Shown piece by piece: positions 24,039-33,766 of a stretch of 64,000 nucleotides of DNA. Numbering within the stretch: position 1 is the first letter of the stretch; the number at the start of each line of letters is the position of its first letter. Position numbers and translations under genes: made by a program. Under the pieces are notes generated by a model. It ran no database searches, was not told where the DNA came from, and was given only the letters and a program-made list of their open reading frames with translations. The stretch is from an uncultured Acidimicrobiia bacterium (lineage in GTDB: Bacteria > Actinomycetota > Acidimicrobiia > Spongiisociales > UBA5794): positions 69,864-133,863 of the forward strand of contig CAWIBM010000001.1 of assembly GCA_963834375.1 (NCBI GenBank). The letters run 5' to 3'.

Positions 24039-24947
24039 GTGGAGGATCGCGCCCCGGCGGTCGCGCTGTTGGCGTTCCTCGCCGGATGCTCCGGGGACGA
24101 CGTCGCGCCGACAGGCAATGACGGTGGCGGCGCCTCGGCGTCGACCGGGGGGACGGCGGCACCCGACGGCCCGCCGCGGCCCGAGCGGTGGTTCGGCGTA
24201 CAGGACGGGGCGGTGGTGGTGGCCGAGGGCGAAGCGGTGGCCCCCGTGGTGGAGCCCGGGGCGCTCGACGAGTTCGGTGAGACGCCTGTCCTGGTGAGGC
24301 TCGGTGCCGAGACGCTGTTCGTGAGCTTCTGCTGCGAACCCGCCGAGGGGGAGGCAGCCGCCGTCGACCTCACCGACGGCACCGTGTTCGAGTCGTGGTC
24401 GGGGATCATCTCGTCGGTCACCGGCGACGATCGCTGGGCCCGGGTGCTGACCAACGGGATGCAGGTGCTGGTCGAGGCCCCCAGAGGCGACCCGCTGGCC
24501 ACCACCACCCGCGAGTTCCTGCTGCCGGCACACACCGCGCTCTCTCCCGACGGTGAGGCGATGGCGGTGGTCGGCGTCGGCGCCGGCGAGGACGTCCTCT
24601 ATGCCCTCCCCCCCGGCACGCCGTTCTTCGAGGATGGCACGGAGCTCGCCCGTGGCGCCCAGAACCGGGTCACTCCCGCCCTTCCCGTGATCGACGGTGA
24701 CGGTCGCGTCTGGTACGTCCAGGACCGGCGCCGGGCCGGTGAGCGCGTCCATGTGCTCGTCGTCGACCCGGCCTCCGGCGAGGCCGTCGAGGATTCGACC
24801 ACCCGAAGAGCGTGTGTCGACCAGGACTTCGACGCCTCGGGCACCTGGCTGCTCGTGGTCTTCGCCGACGGGACGCTCGGGTGGCGCTCGATCACCGGCG
24901 AGACCGGCGACCTGCCGGGGGAGGGCTGGACCACCGCCGACTGGTAG
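24039..24947 (+). CDS. Lipoprotein of unknown function
   Basis: Intact 302 aa within ORF 23271..24947. GTG start, then VEDRAPAVALLAFLAGC-SGDD lipobox. No family recognised. Confidence 0.6.
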   Translation: MEDRAPAVALLAFLAGCSGDDVAPTGNDGGGASASTGGTAAPDGPPRPERWFGVQDGAVVVAEGEAVAPVVEPGALDEFGETPVLVRLGAETLFVSFCCEPAEGEAAAVDLTDGTVFESWSGIISSVTGDDRWARVLTNGMQVLVEAPRGDPLATTTREFLLPAHTALSPDGEAMAVVGVGAGEDVLYALPPGTPFFEDGTELARGAQNRVTPALPVIDGDGRVWYVQDRRRAGERVHVLVVDPASGEAVEDSTTRRACVDQDFDASGTWLLVVFADGTLGWRSITGETGDLPGEGWTTADW

Positions 24948-25001
24948 CGGCCTCGCCGTAACGGCGACGGCGCCACGACCCGCTCTCGTCGGACCCGCCG
25001 G

Positions 25002-26277
25002 TCAATCCCGGGTCTGCAGGTCGCGGAACTCGTCGGGCACGGCACCGGTCCGGCCCCCGAGGACCCGCGAGGCCGGGCCCGACCGCCCCGGTGCCGAAAC
25101 GCTTACGGATGGCGTCGACGGCCAGGTCCAGCTCGTGACGGGCGAGCTCCGACTGCGACCCGGCGCGTTGCAGGTCGTCGCCGGTCTGCTCGCCGAAGGG
25201 GAGTTCGAGCTGGAGATGGGGCGCCACCGACAGGTGCGACACCGCGATCCCGAGCAGGTTGACCACCCTGCCTGCCGCCACCTCGGCGATGCCGTCCTCG
25301 GCCAGGCGGACCGCCAGCTCGGCGATGGCCGGGGTGGTGGCGATCGGCGCCGCCAGGGTGGCGCTCCTGGTGATGGCGGCCATGTCGTCGAAGCGGACCC
25401 GGGCGGTGATGGTTCGTCCGGCGAACTGCTTGGCCCGTAGGCGGCGGCCCACCCGATCGGCGAGGTCGGTGAGCACGCGCCGCCGAACCGCCGGGTCGGC
25501 GCCGCCCCTGCCCGAACGCCGACTGGGCGCCGACCGACTTTCGTCTCGGGCCGACCGTCACCACGTCGTGGGTCGCGGTTCCACGCCAGGTTGTGCAGGT
25601 GACTCCCGGCCGACCGGCCCAGGTGATGCCGCAGGGTCCCGGCAGCGGTGGCCGCCAGCTCGCCGACGGTGGCGATCCCGAGCTGTCCCAGCCGGGCCTC
25701 GGTGGCAGCCCCCACCCCCCAGATGGCGCTGACCGGGAGGGCGTGGAGGAAGTGCGAGCTCGATGGCCGGGTCGATGACCAGCAGCCCGTCGGGCTTGGC
25801 GACCCGGCTGGCCACCTTCGCCAGGAACTTGGTGCTCGCCACCCCGACCGAGAGGATCAGCCCGGTCTCCTGGCGAACCCGCTTCCGCATGGCGGCGGCG
25901 ATGGCGGCGGAGTCGCCGAACAGGTGGGTGGACCCTGTGGTGTCGATGAACGCCTCGTCGATCGAGATCTGCTCGATGTTCGGGGTGAACTCGGCGCAGA
26001 GGTCGAACACCGGCTCCGACATCCGGCCGTACTCCTCGAAGTGGCCCGAGCACGACGATGAGCGTGGGGCAGAGCCGGCGGGCCACCCGGGTCGACATCG
26101 CCGAACGGACGCCGAACCGGCGCGCCTCGTAGGTGGCGGCCATGACGACCCCTTGCCCACCGCCATGGGCTTGCCCCACAGGGTCGGGTCGAGCACCTGT
26201 TCGGCCGTCGCGTAGAAGGCGTCGAGGTCGACGTGCAGGATCGGCGGGGGAGCCCCCGACGAGCCCGCCGTGGTCAT
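25002..26277 (-). pseudogene. dinB: DNA polymerase IV (Y-family), several frameshifts
   Basis: ILHVDLDAFYATAEQ, ISIDEAFID, LSVGVASTKFLAKVASRVAKPDG, GVGAATEARLGQLGI, LTDLADRVGRRLRA..GRTITARVRF. The start overlaps the helicase stop (ATGA at 26274-26277). Confidence 0.85.
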
Positions 26278-28337
26278 TGGAACAGGTTGGCGAGCAGGGC
26301 GCCGACGGGGTCGGTCCCAGCCTTGGGCGAGGCGGTCGCCGGGATCGGCAGGATCCTCGTCGCCGGTGGAGGAGACGGCGAAGTGCCCCGTCGACGGGAG
26401 CGAGGAACCGGCTCATCGGGGCGTACGAGTGACGGTCGTCGCTCCCGAAACGCCGGTGGTAGAAGCGCTGAGGGAACGTCACATGGAGGTGCCGGCGCGC
26501 CCGGGTGAGGGCGACGTACAGCAGCCTCCGCTCCTCCTCGACCCCGCCGGGCTCGCCCAGCGCCATGTCCGAGGGGATGTTGCCGTCGGCGGCGTGGATG
26601 ACGAAGACGGCGTCCCACTCCCCACCCTTGGCCGAGTGGATGGTGGACAGCACCAGGTAGTCGTCGTCGAGATGGGGAGGGCCTGCCAGGTCCGAGGTCG
26701 ACGCCGGTGGGTCGAGGGTGAGCTCGGTGAGGAAGCGGCTGCGGCTGCTGTAGCCGGAGGCGAGCGCGGCGAGCTGCTCCAGGTCGCCCAGGCGCACCGC
26801 GGCGTCGTCGTACCGGGCCTCGGCGACCATTCCGAGGAAGGGCAGCATGAGGTCGATCTGGACCGCCGGGGACGGTTCGTGGCCGTCGACCTCCCGGGCC
26901 CCGGCGAGGGCGGTGCGCAGCTCGGCCAGCGGCGGCCGGGCATGCGCCGGGACGTTAACCACCATCCGGCAGAACCCGGTGACCAGGTCGCCGCCCTCGG
27001 CGTCTGCAGTCGAGGCAGCGGTCCTCAGCAGCCGGTCGGCAGTGGCCGGCCCGACCCCGGGGATGGCTCCGACCACCCGGTGCCACGCCAGCGGCGTCGC
27101 GGGGGTTGTCGAGGATGCGGAGCAGGGCGAGCAGGTCCTTGACGTGTGCCGCCTCGAGGAACTTGAGCCCCCCGTACTTGACGAAGGGGATGCGCCGGCG
27201 GGCCAGCTCGAGCTCGAGCCCGTCGGAGTGATGGCCGGCGCGGAACAGGACCGCCTGGTCGCGCAGGGCCATTCCTTCCTCGCGGTGGGCGAGCACCAGG
27301 TCGCACACGTGGTCGGCCTGGGCGGTCTCGTCGGCGCAGGTGACCAGGTCGGGGACAGGCGCCGTCGGGGCTGGTGGACCGCAATTGCTTCGGGTAGAGC
27401 TCGGTGGAGGCGGCGATCACCGCGTTGGCGGCGGCGAGGATCTGCGGGGTGGACCGGTAGTTCTGCTCCAGCGTCACGACCGCGGCGCCAGGGAAGTCTT
27501 CGGGGAAGCGGCGGATGTTCTCGATCGAAGCCGCCCGGAACGAGTAGATCGCCTGGGCGTCGTCGCCGACCACCGTGAGATTGCCGGCGGGACCGCACAG
27601 CCTGCCCAGGATCTCCGCCTGGAGGCGGTTGGTGTCCTGGTACTCGTCGACGAGCACGTGGTCGAACTGCCCGCGTACGGTGTCGGCGGCGGGGCTGTCG
27701 AGGAGTGCCCACCAGTAGAGAAGCAGGTCGTCGTAGTCGAGCACCTGGTGTTCGAGCTTGCGGCTGCGGTAGGCGGCGAACAGCTGCCTGAGCTCGTCGG
27801 CGTGCTCGGCGCACCACGGGAACCGCTGTCGCAGCACCGGGTCGAGCTTCTCCTGTTCGTTGACGGTTCGTGAGTAGACGGCGGCGATCGTCTCCGCCCG
27901 GGGGAACCGGGTCTTCTGCTCGCCGAACCCCAACTCGGTGCGGATCATCCCGAACAGCGCCTCGGTGTCGGCCTGGTCGAGCACGGTGAAGCCCGGGTCG
28001 ATCCCCACCGCGACGCCGTGGCGGCGGAGCAGCCGGTTGGCGATCGAGTGGAAGGTGCCTCCCCACACCCGACCCGACCGCCCGGTCGGTGGTCAGCGAA
28101 GCGGCCCGGCGCATCATCTCCTCGGCGGCGCGCCGGGTGAAGGTGAGCAACAGGATCCGGTCGGCCGGGACACCTTGCGACACCAGCCACGCCACCCGGC
28201 TGGCGAGCGTCCGGGTCTTGCCCGACCCGGCTCCCGCCACCACCAGGAGCGGCCCGCCCGGGATGGGTGACCGCCGCCCGCTGCTCGGCGTTCAGATCAT
28301 CGAGCCAACCATCGGCATCAGGACGGGGAGCGAACAT
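26274..28337 (-). pseudogene. UvrD/PcrA/Rep-family ATP-dependent DNA helicase, at least 5 frameshifts
   Basis: LNAEQRAAVTHPG, AGAGSGKTRTL, HVLVDEYQDTN, VVGDDAQAIYSFR, LEQNYRSTPQIL, STIHSAKGGEWD, LLYVALTRARRHL, end ...VGALLANLFQ*. Confidence 0.85.
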
Positions 28338-28344
28338 ACGTTCG
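28331..28344 (-). promoter_or_regulatory. LexA (SOS) box overlapping the helicase start codon
   Basis: CGAACATACGTTCG is a perfect GAAC-N4-GTTC dyad. The helicase ATG (28337-28335) lies in its spacer. A TATGGT -10-like hexamer (28351-28346 on the minus strand) lies 8 nt upstream of the ATG. Confidence 0.65.
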
Positions 28345-28433
28345 TACCATACTGGCATCGACGTCCGGTTGCGTGGACCACTCGCCGCGGCCACCGGCCC
28401 GGCGCTGGAGCGATCTCGTCGGTCGAAAACTCG

Positions 28434-29572
28434 CTACGGGCCGGACGCCTGGCTGGTTCGGAAGCCTCCACCGGCGGTGCGCGGTCCGAGCCCGAGCTCG
28501 GGGCGGGGTTGCTCGACTCCTTCGATCAGGTTGGCGACGTGCTCGGCCAGGGCCGGGCCGTGCTTGAACCCGTGGCCCGAGCCGCCGCCGACGATCCATA
28601 CGCCGTCGTGGTCGGGGTGGGGGGCGACGATCCACCGGCCGTCGGCGGTGGAGGTGTACTGGCAGGTCCGGGTGAGGGAGACCGGGGCGCCGGCGATGCC
28701 CGGGAACCGCCGTGCCAGATAGCGGCGACAGTGTGCGACGGCGGCGGCGTCCGGGACACGATCCCCGTGGTCGGGGTCGAAAGCGGGGCCGTCGAGGTCG
28801 GAGGCGACCTTGAAGCCCTTCCCGGCGACGTCGCCGGTCCCGTACATGGCGTGGTCGTGGTCGATCCATCCCGGCACGCCGGGCGCGGCCCACTCGGGCC
28901 CGACCCCGAAGAACACCACTTCCTGGCGGGTGACCCTTGCCTGCACCAAGTCCGGGAACAGGTGGGGTAGCCACGGCCCACACGCCCACACCACGACGTC
29001 GGCTTGCCGTGACTGCCCGTCGACGGCGACGCCGGCTCCGACCGGCACCGCCCGACCGACGGTGATGGTCGCACCGCGGCGACGAGCCCGGTCGGCGAGC
29101 ACGGTCACCGCCCGGGCCGCCCGCAGAACCCCCGCTTCGGGCTCGTACAGCGCGCCCGGGACATCGGAGGTGTCGACGCTGGGGAAGAGCTCCGCAGGTC
29201 GCCGTCGCCGACGACCTCGCTGGGGATGCCGAGCCGCTCCATCGTGTGCGTGGCTCGCCGCCACCCAGGGGATGCGGCGCCGAACCAGACCAGCCCGCTG
29301 GGTACCAACAGGTCGGCTACCGGTGTCGGCCTCGATCTCGGTCCCACAGCGCCCGCGCCCGCCACGCCATCGCCGTGTGCCACTCGTCGGGACCGTGGCC
29401 GTAGCGGATCAGCCGGGTCTCGCCGCCGCTCGACTGACGGGCGTGGCCCGGGTGGTACTGCTCGACCAGCTCGACTCCCAGCCGGCCCCGGCCAGGTGGT
29501 CGGCGATCGACACGAAGATGCCGAAGATCCCAGCGCCGACCGGCACGGCGATGGCGCTGCCGGCCGGTCCAC
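28434..29572 (-). pseudogene. FAD-dependent oxidoreductase (DAO / sarcosine- or glycine-oxidase-like), about 3 frameshifts
   Basis: VGAGIFG dinucleotide-binding motif. GETRLIRYGHGPDEW, VVWACGPWLPHLFP, VAPHPDHDGVWIVGGGSGHGFKHGPALAE. The 5' end is uncertain and abuts the ligase. Confidence 0.7.
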
Positions 29573-29579
29573 GCCCGGA

Positions 29580-30617
29580 TCGGCTCGCCACCACGTCGGT
29601 GAAGCCGGCTCCCTCGGGGCGCTGCAGCTGGTCGAGGGTGCACTCCTCGGCGGGCTTGTCGGGCCGCCAGCGCTCGAAGCGGGTGGCGTGGCGGAAGCGG
29701 ATGCCCTCCACCTGGTCGTACCCGATCTGGACGACCACCCCGGGCTCGACCGGCACCCAGTCGAGCTCCTTCCCGGTCGACCAGCGGCTCTGCGCCCCGG
29801 GGACCCTGGCCATGTCGTCCCCGCCGAAGCTCTCGTCGGTGCGGAGCTGCTCGAAGCGGCGGAGCAGCTCGACCCGGTCGTGGTCGGAGAACCCCGAGCA
29901 GTGCCCGACGAAGCTGAAGTTGCCGGCTCGTCGTCGTAGAGCCCGAGCAGGATCGAGCCGATCTTGTCGCCGTCCTTGTGGACCCGGTAGCCGCCGACCA
30001 CGCAATCGGCCTCGCGGCGGTGCTTCCACTTGATCCAGTCGCGCTTGCCCTCGAGGTAGCGGCCGGCGGCCGCCTTGGCGATGATGCCGTCGCAGCCGGC
30101 GGCCTCGTACTCGGTGAACCAGCGGGTGGCGACCTCGAGGTCGTCGGTCGACGGGGTCAGGTGCCACTGCCGGCCCAGGTCGTGCGGCGATGCCGTCGAG
30201 TCGGGCCCTTCTGGCGGACTGCGGCTCCTTGCGCAGGTCGACGCCGCCGAGGGAGAGCAGGTCGAAGACCACCAGCTCGGCGGGGGTCTGCTCGGCGAGC
30301 ATGTTGACCCGGGACGCCGCCGGGTGGATGCGCTGCTGGAGCGTCTCGAACTCGGTGACGTCGTCGACCACCACCACGATCTCGGCGTCGACCACCGTGC
30401 CCGGCGGCAGCTCGGCGGCGGCGGGTTCCAGTTCCGGGAAGTAGCGGAGCAGGTCCTTGCCGGTGCGCGAATCGATGCGGCGCCGGTCGCCGTCGGCCCA
30501 GATGATCGCCCGGAACCCGTCCCACTTCGGCTCGTAGACCCAGCCCGGGGGCGCGGGAGGGGTCTCCTTGGCCTTGGCCAGCATCGGCTTGATCGGCGGC
30601 GGGAAGGGCCAGGACAT
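29580..30617 (-). pseudogene. ATP-dependent DNA ligase (LigC-type, ligase domain only), 2-3 frameshifts; 3' end not resolved
   Basis: PMLAKA...WVYEPKWDGFRA (KxDG), VVFDLL, AAGCDGIIAK, KRDWIKWKH, VVGGYRVHKDGDKIGSILLGLYD, RFRHATRFERWRPDKPAEECT. Confidence 0.8.
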
Positions 30618-30667
30618 CGGCGTGGAGACTACCGGAGGCCCTCGTCGGCCCGGTCGGGCCGGTGGCT

Positions 30668-30812
30668 ATCCTCGGGCGGTCACCTCACCCCCGGGGTGGC
30701 GTGACAACTGAAGCTCGAAGCAGGGGAAGCCGGTCGAAGTCCGGCGCTGACCCGCAACCGTAGGCCGCCACGGGAAACCGGATGGCGGCGAGCCGGAGCA
30801 CCTGCCCGGGCA
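30668..30812 (+). promoter_or_regulatory. Cobalamin (B12) riboswitch
   Basis: Core 30723-30764: GGGGAAGCCGGTCGAAGTCCGGCGCTGACCCGCAACCGTAGG (GGGAA..GGU..AA.UCC...CCCGC.ACCGUA). GCCACGGGAAACCGG hairpin. B12 box 30791-30806: AGCCGGAGCACCTGCC. It lies 5' of a plus-strand operon. The outer borders are approximate. Confidence 0.85.
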
Positions 30813-30917
30813 GCGGCTCCATCCGTCGAGGTCTACGGGACGGAGCCCGGGACGATGGGCTCCCTCCCGGCACGGGATACGGCACCTCTCGAATCGGGTC
30901 CGTCTTGGACCCGCACC

Positions 30918-31960
30918 ATGAGAGGAGGCACGTACTCCGTCGACCCAACACCGCCACCATCACCACCGACGCCCCGCCGCAGAGCAGGCGCTGGCTCGTC
31001 GTCACCCTTGGCGTCCTGATCGTCGCCCTGCTCGGCTGGCTCGCCTGGTCATTCGTCGCCGGTGGCGACGAGTTCGCCGACGAAGCCGAGGCGGCCGCCG
31101 CCTGGGTCGCCGCCGAGTTCGACGAGCCGGCTCCGGGCTGGGCCGACTTCGGGCCGGGCGTCTACGCCGACATCGACCTCGGCCTTACCGCGGTGGGCAC
31201 CGAGGAGGAGACCGCCGATGCCGCGCTGGACAGCGCTGGCCGCCGAGAGCGAGGTCGTCCTCGGTGAGCCGGGAGCGGCAGCGGCGGGCGTGCTGGGCAA
31301 GGTGGTGCTGGCGATCGAGGCCCGCGGCCAGGATCCGGCCACCTTCATCGAAGGCCGCGACGTCGAGGCCGAGCTGCGCGGCATGCTCGGTGAGAGTGGG
31401 GCAGTTCGCCGGCGCCACCGTCTACGACCAGGCGCTGGCGATCCTCGGTCTGGCCGCCACCGACGAGGGCGTGCCCGAGGCAGGCCGGAGCCTGGCTGGC
31501 CTCGACGCAGTGCGAGCCGGGGGACTTCACCTTCGCCGGCGACTGCCCGGCGCCCGAAGGTGAGGAGGACCCCGACACCACCGCCATCGCCCTGCAGGCG
31601 CTGCTTGCCACCGGCGAGACCGAGGCGGCCGAGTCGACCACTACCTGGCTGTTGGACTGGCAGGGCGAGGACGGGTCGATCAGCGCCTTCGGCGCCGCCA
31701 ACGCCAACAGCACGGCGGTGGCGGCCCAGGCCCTCCGCGCCGCCGGGGAAGGAGATGCGGCCGACCTGGCCGCCGAGTTCGTGGCCGGCCTGCAGGTCGA
31801 CGAGCCGCCCGCCGACGCCGGGTCGATCAAGTTCACCGCCGAAGAGCTCGAGGGCAACGCCTTCGCCACCATCCAGGGGATGCTCGCCTTCGGTGCTCCG
31901 GCGCTGGACGCCATCGAGGCGGCCGGCTCGCTGATCCCGACGGTCGCCGTGATGCGATGA
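30918..31960 (+). pseudogene. Membrane-anchored prenyltransferase/squalene-cyclase-repeat (alpha/alpha-toroid) protein, about 4 frameshifts; start uncertain
   Basis: TM anchor RRWLVVTLGVLIVALLGWLAWSFV. Repeats YDQALAILGLAATDEG, TTAIALQALLATGE, DGSISAFG..NANSTAVAAQALRAAGE, ATIQGMLAFG. It is the first gene after the riboswitch. Confidence 0.6.
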
Positions 31961-32012
31961 GCGGCTCTGCCGGAACGCCGTGACTGGACGCGGGTGAGCA
32001 CGGCCCGTCGCC

Positions 32013-32662
32013 GTGGAGGGCTCCCGCCTTCACGGATGGCCGCTCGCCGCCCTGGTCGTCGGACTTCTGGCACCCGCCCCTTCGGTCGGCCCCTGGAACG
32101 CCGCCGCCCAGACAGCGGGCGCCTGCCCCGGAGACGACGGGGTGACGGTGGTTGTCGACGCCACCGCGCTCGGCGGCGAGCTGGTGGTGGGCTGCGCCTC
32201 CGGTTCCCCGCAGTCGGGGTTCGACGCCCTGGTCGCCGCCGGGTTCTCGGTCGAGGCGGTGGCCACCACTCCCGGCATGCTGTGCCGCATCGACGGCCTC
32301 CCCACTCCCGGCGAGGAGACCTGCGCCGACGACCCGCCGGCCGACTTCTACTGGGCCTACTGGACCGTGATTCGGGTGGGTGGCGCTACGCCACCGAGGG
32401 CGCCGCCACCCGGGAACCCGAGGTGGGGTCGGTCGAGGGATGGTCCTTCGTCGACGGGGATGCCACCGACCCCGCCGCCACCCGGGGTCGATCCCACCGA
32501 GCTCGGCCCGGTCGGCGTCCTCGGAGCCGGGCGATGCAGCCGATCCTCCTCCCGGTCTTCCGGGGCGACGGCGATCGGTGTCGGGGTGGTGGCCGCCTTC
32601 GCCGTGGTCGGCTACCGCCATGCCCGTCGCCGGCGGCGAACATCGAACGCGGGAGCGCGTGA
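32013..32662 (+). pseudogene. Exported DUF4430-like (transcobalamin beta-domain-like) protein with a C-terminal TM anchor, 2-3 frameshifts
   Basis: Signal peptide GWPLAALVVGLLAPAP. GVTVVVDATALGG...GFDALVAAGF...LCRIDG...FYWAYWT..GGWRYATEGA...VEGWSFVDG pattern. Anchor AIGVGVVAAFAVVGYRHARRRR. Confidence 0.55.
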
Positions 32663-33766
32663 CCACCGTCACCGGGCAGGCGGCTGCACCCGGGCTCGTG
32701 GTGGTTGTGGGCGCTCGGTCTGGCCACCGCCGCCAGCCGCACCACCAACCCGCTGCTCCTGCTCCTCATCATCGCCGTGGCCTGCTCTGGTGGTGGCGGT
32801 GCACCGCTCGGACACGGTGTGGGCCCGGGGGTTCCGCTACTACTTCTGGGCGGGGCTGTTCGTGGTGATCCTCCGGGTCTCCTTCCGGGTGGTGCTCGGT
32901 GGCATCGTGCCCGGGCGGGTCCTGTTCACGCTCCCCGAGGTCGACGCTGCCGGAGTGGATGGCGGGAGTGACCCTCGGCGGGCCGGTGACGGTGGAGAGC
33001 GTGGTCGGTGCCCTCTACGACGGCCTCCGGCTGGCCGCCATGCTCATCTGTGTCGGCGCCGCCAACGCCCTGGCCGACGCCAAGCGGTTGCTGCGATCCG
33101 TGCCGCGGGCGCTCCACGACTCTGGGGGCGGCCCTGGTGGTGGCGGTGGGCTTCGCCCCGCAGCTGGTCGAGAGTGCCCGCCGGGTGCGCCGGGCGCAGC
33201 GGCTCCGCGGGCACCCGGGCGGGGGCCGGCATGTGGTCCGTCGCACCGTGATGCCGGTGCTCGAGGGCGCAACCACCAGGGCCCTCGTCTTGGCCGGCTC
33301 GATGGAGGCCAGGGGCTACGGCCGGGAGGCGACGCCGGGGCGGCGGCGTGCGTTCACCACAGGCCTGGTGCTGGCCGGGCTGGCGGGCGTGGCGGTGGGC
33401 ACGTACGGGCTGATGGACGGCACCGCGGCGTGGTGGCTCGGTATCCCCGTGTTGCTGGCCGGCCTCGGCATGGCCATGGTCGGCTTCGCCGTGGCCGGAC
33501 GGGGGGTCGGGGCCACCGCCTACCGACCCGACCCCTGGGAGGGCCCAGAGTGGTTCGTGGCCGGCTGCGGCCTGGTTGCCGCCGTCGGGGTGATTCTCGC
33601 CGGGGCGGCCGATCCCTCCGCCCTCTTCCCATCGCCGTCGGAGTGGCCGCCGCTGAGCGTGCCGGCAACCGTGGCGGTGGTGGTGGCGGCGTTGCCCGCG
33701 GTCCCTCACCTGGCGCCGGCACTGGACCGCCGGCCGGCGATGTCCGGCGAGGGGAGCGCCCCATGA
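32659..33766 (+). pseudogene. Energy-coupling-factor transporter transmembrane (T) component, EcfT/CbiQ family, about 4 frameshifts in the 5' half
   Basis: GTGA overlap at 32659. WWLWALGLATAASRTTNPLLLLLII, ALYDGLRLAAMLICVGAANAL, VESARRVRRAQRLRG, LEGATTRALVLAGSMEARGYG. Confidence 0.75.
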
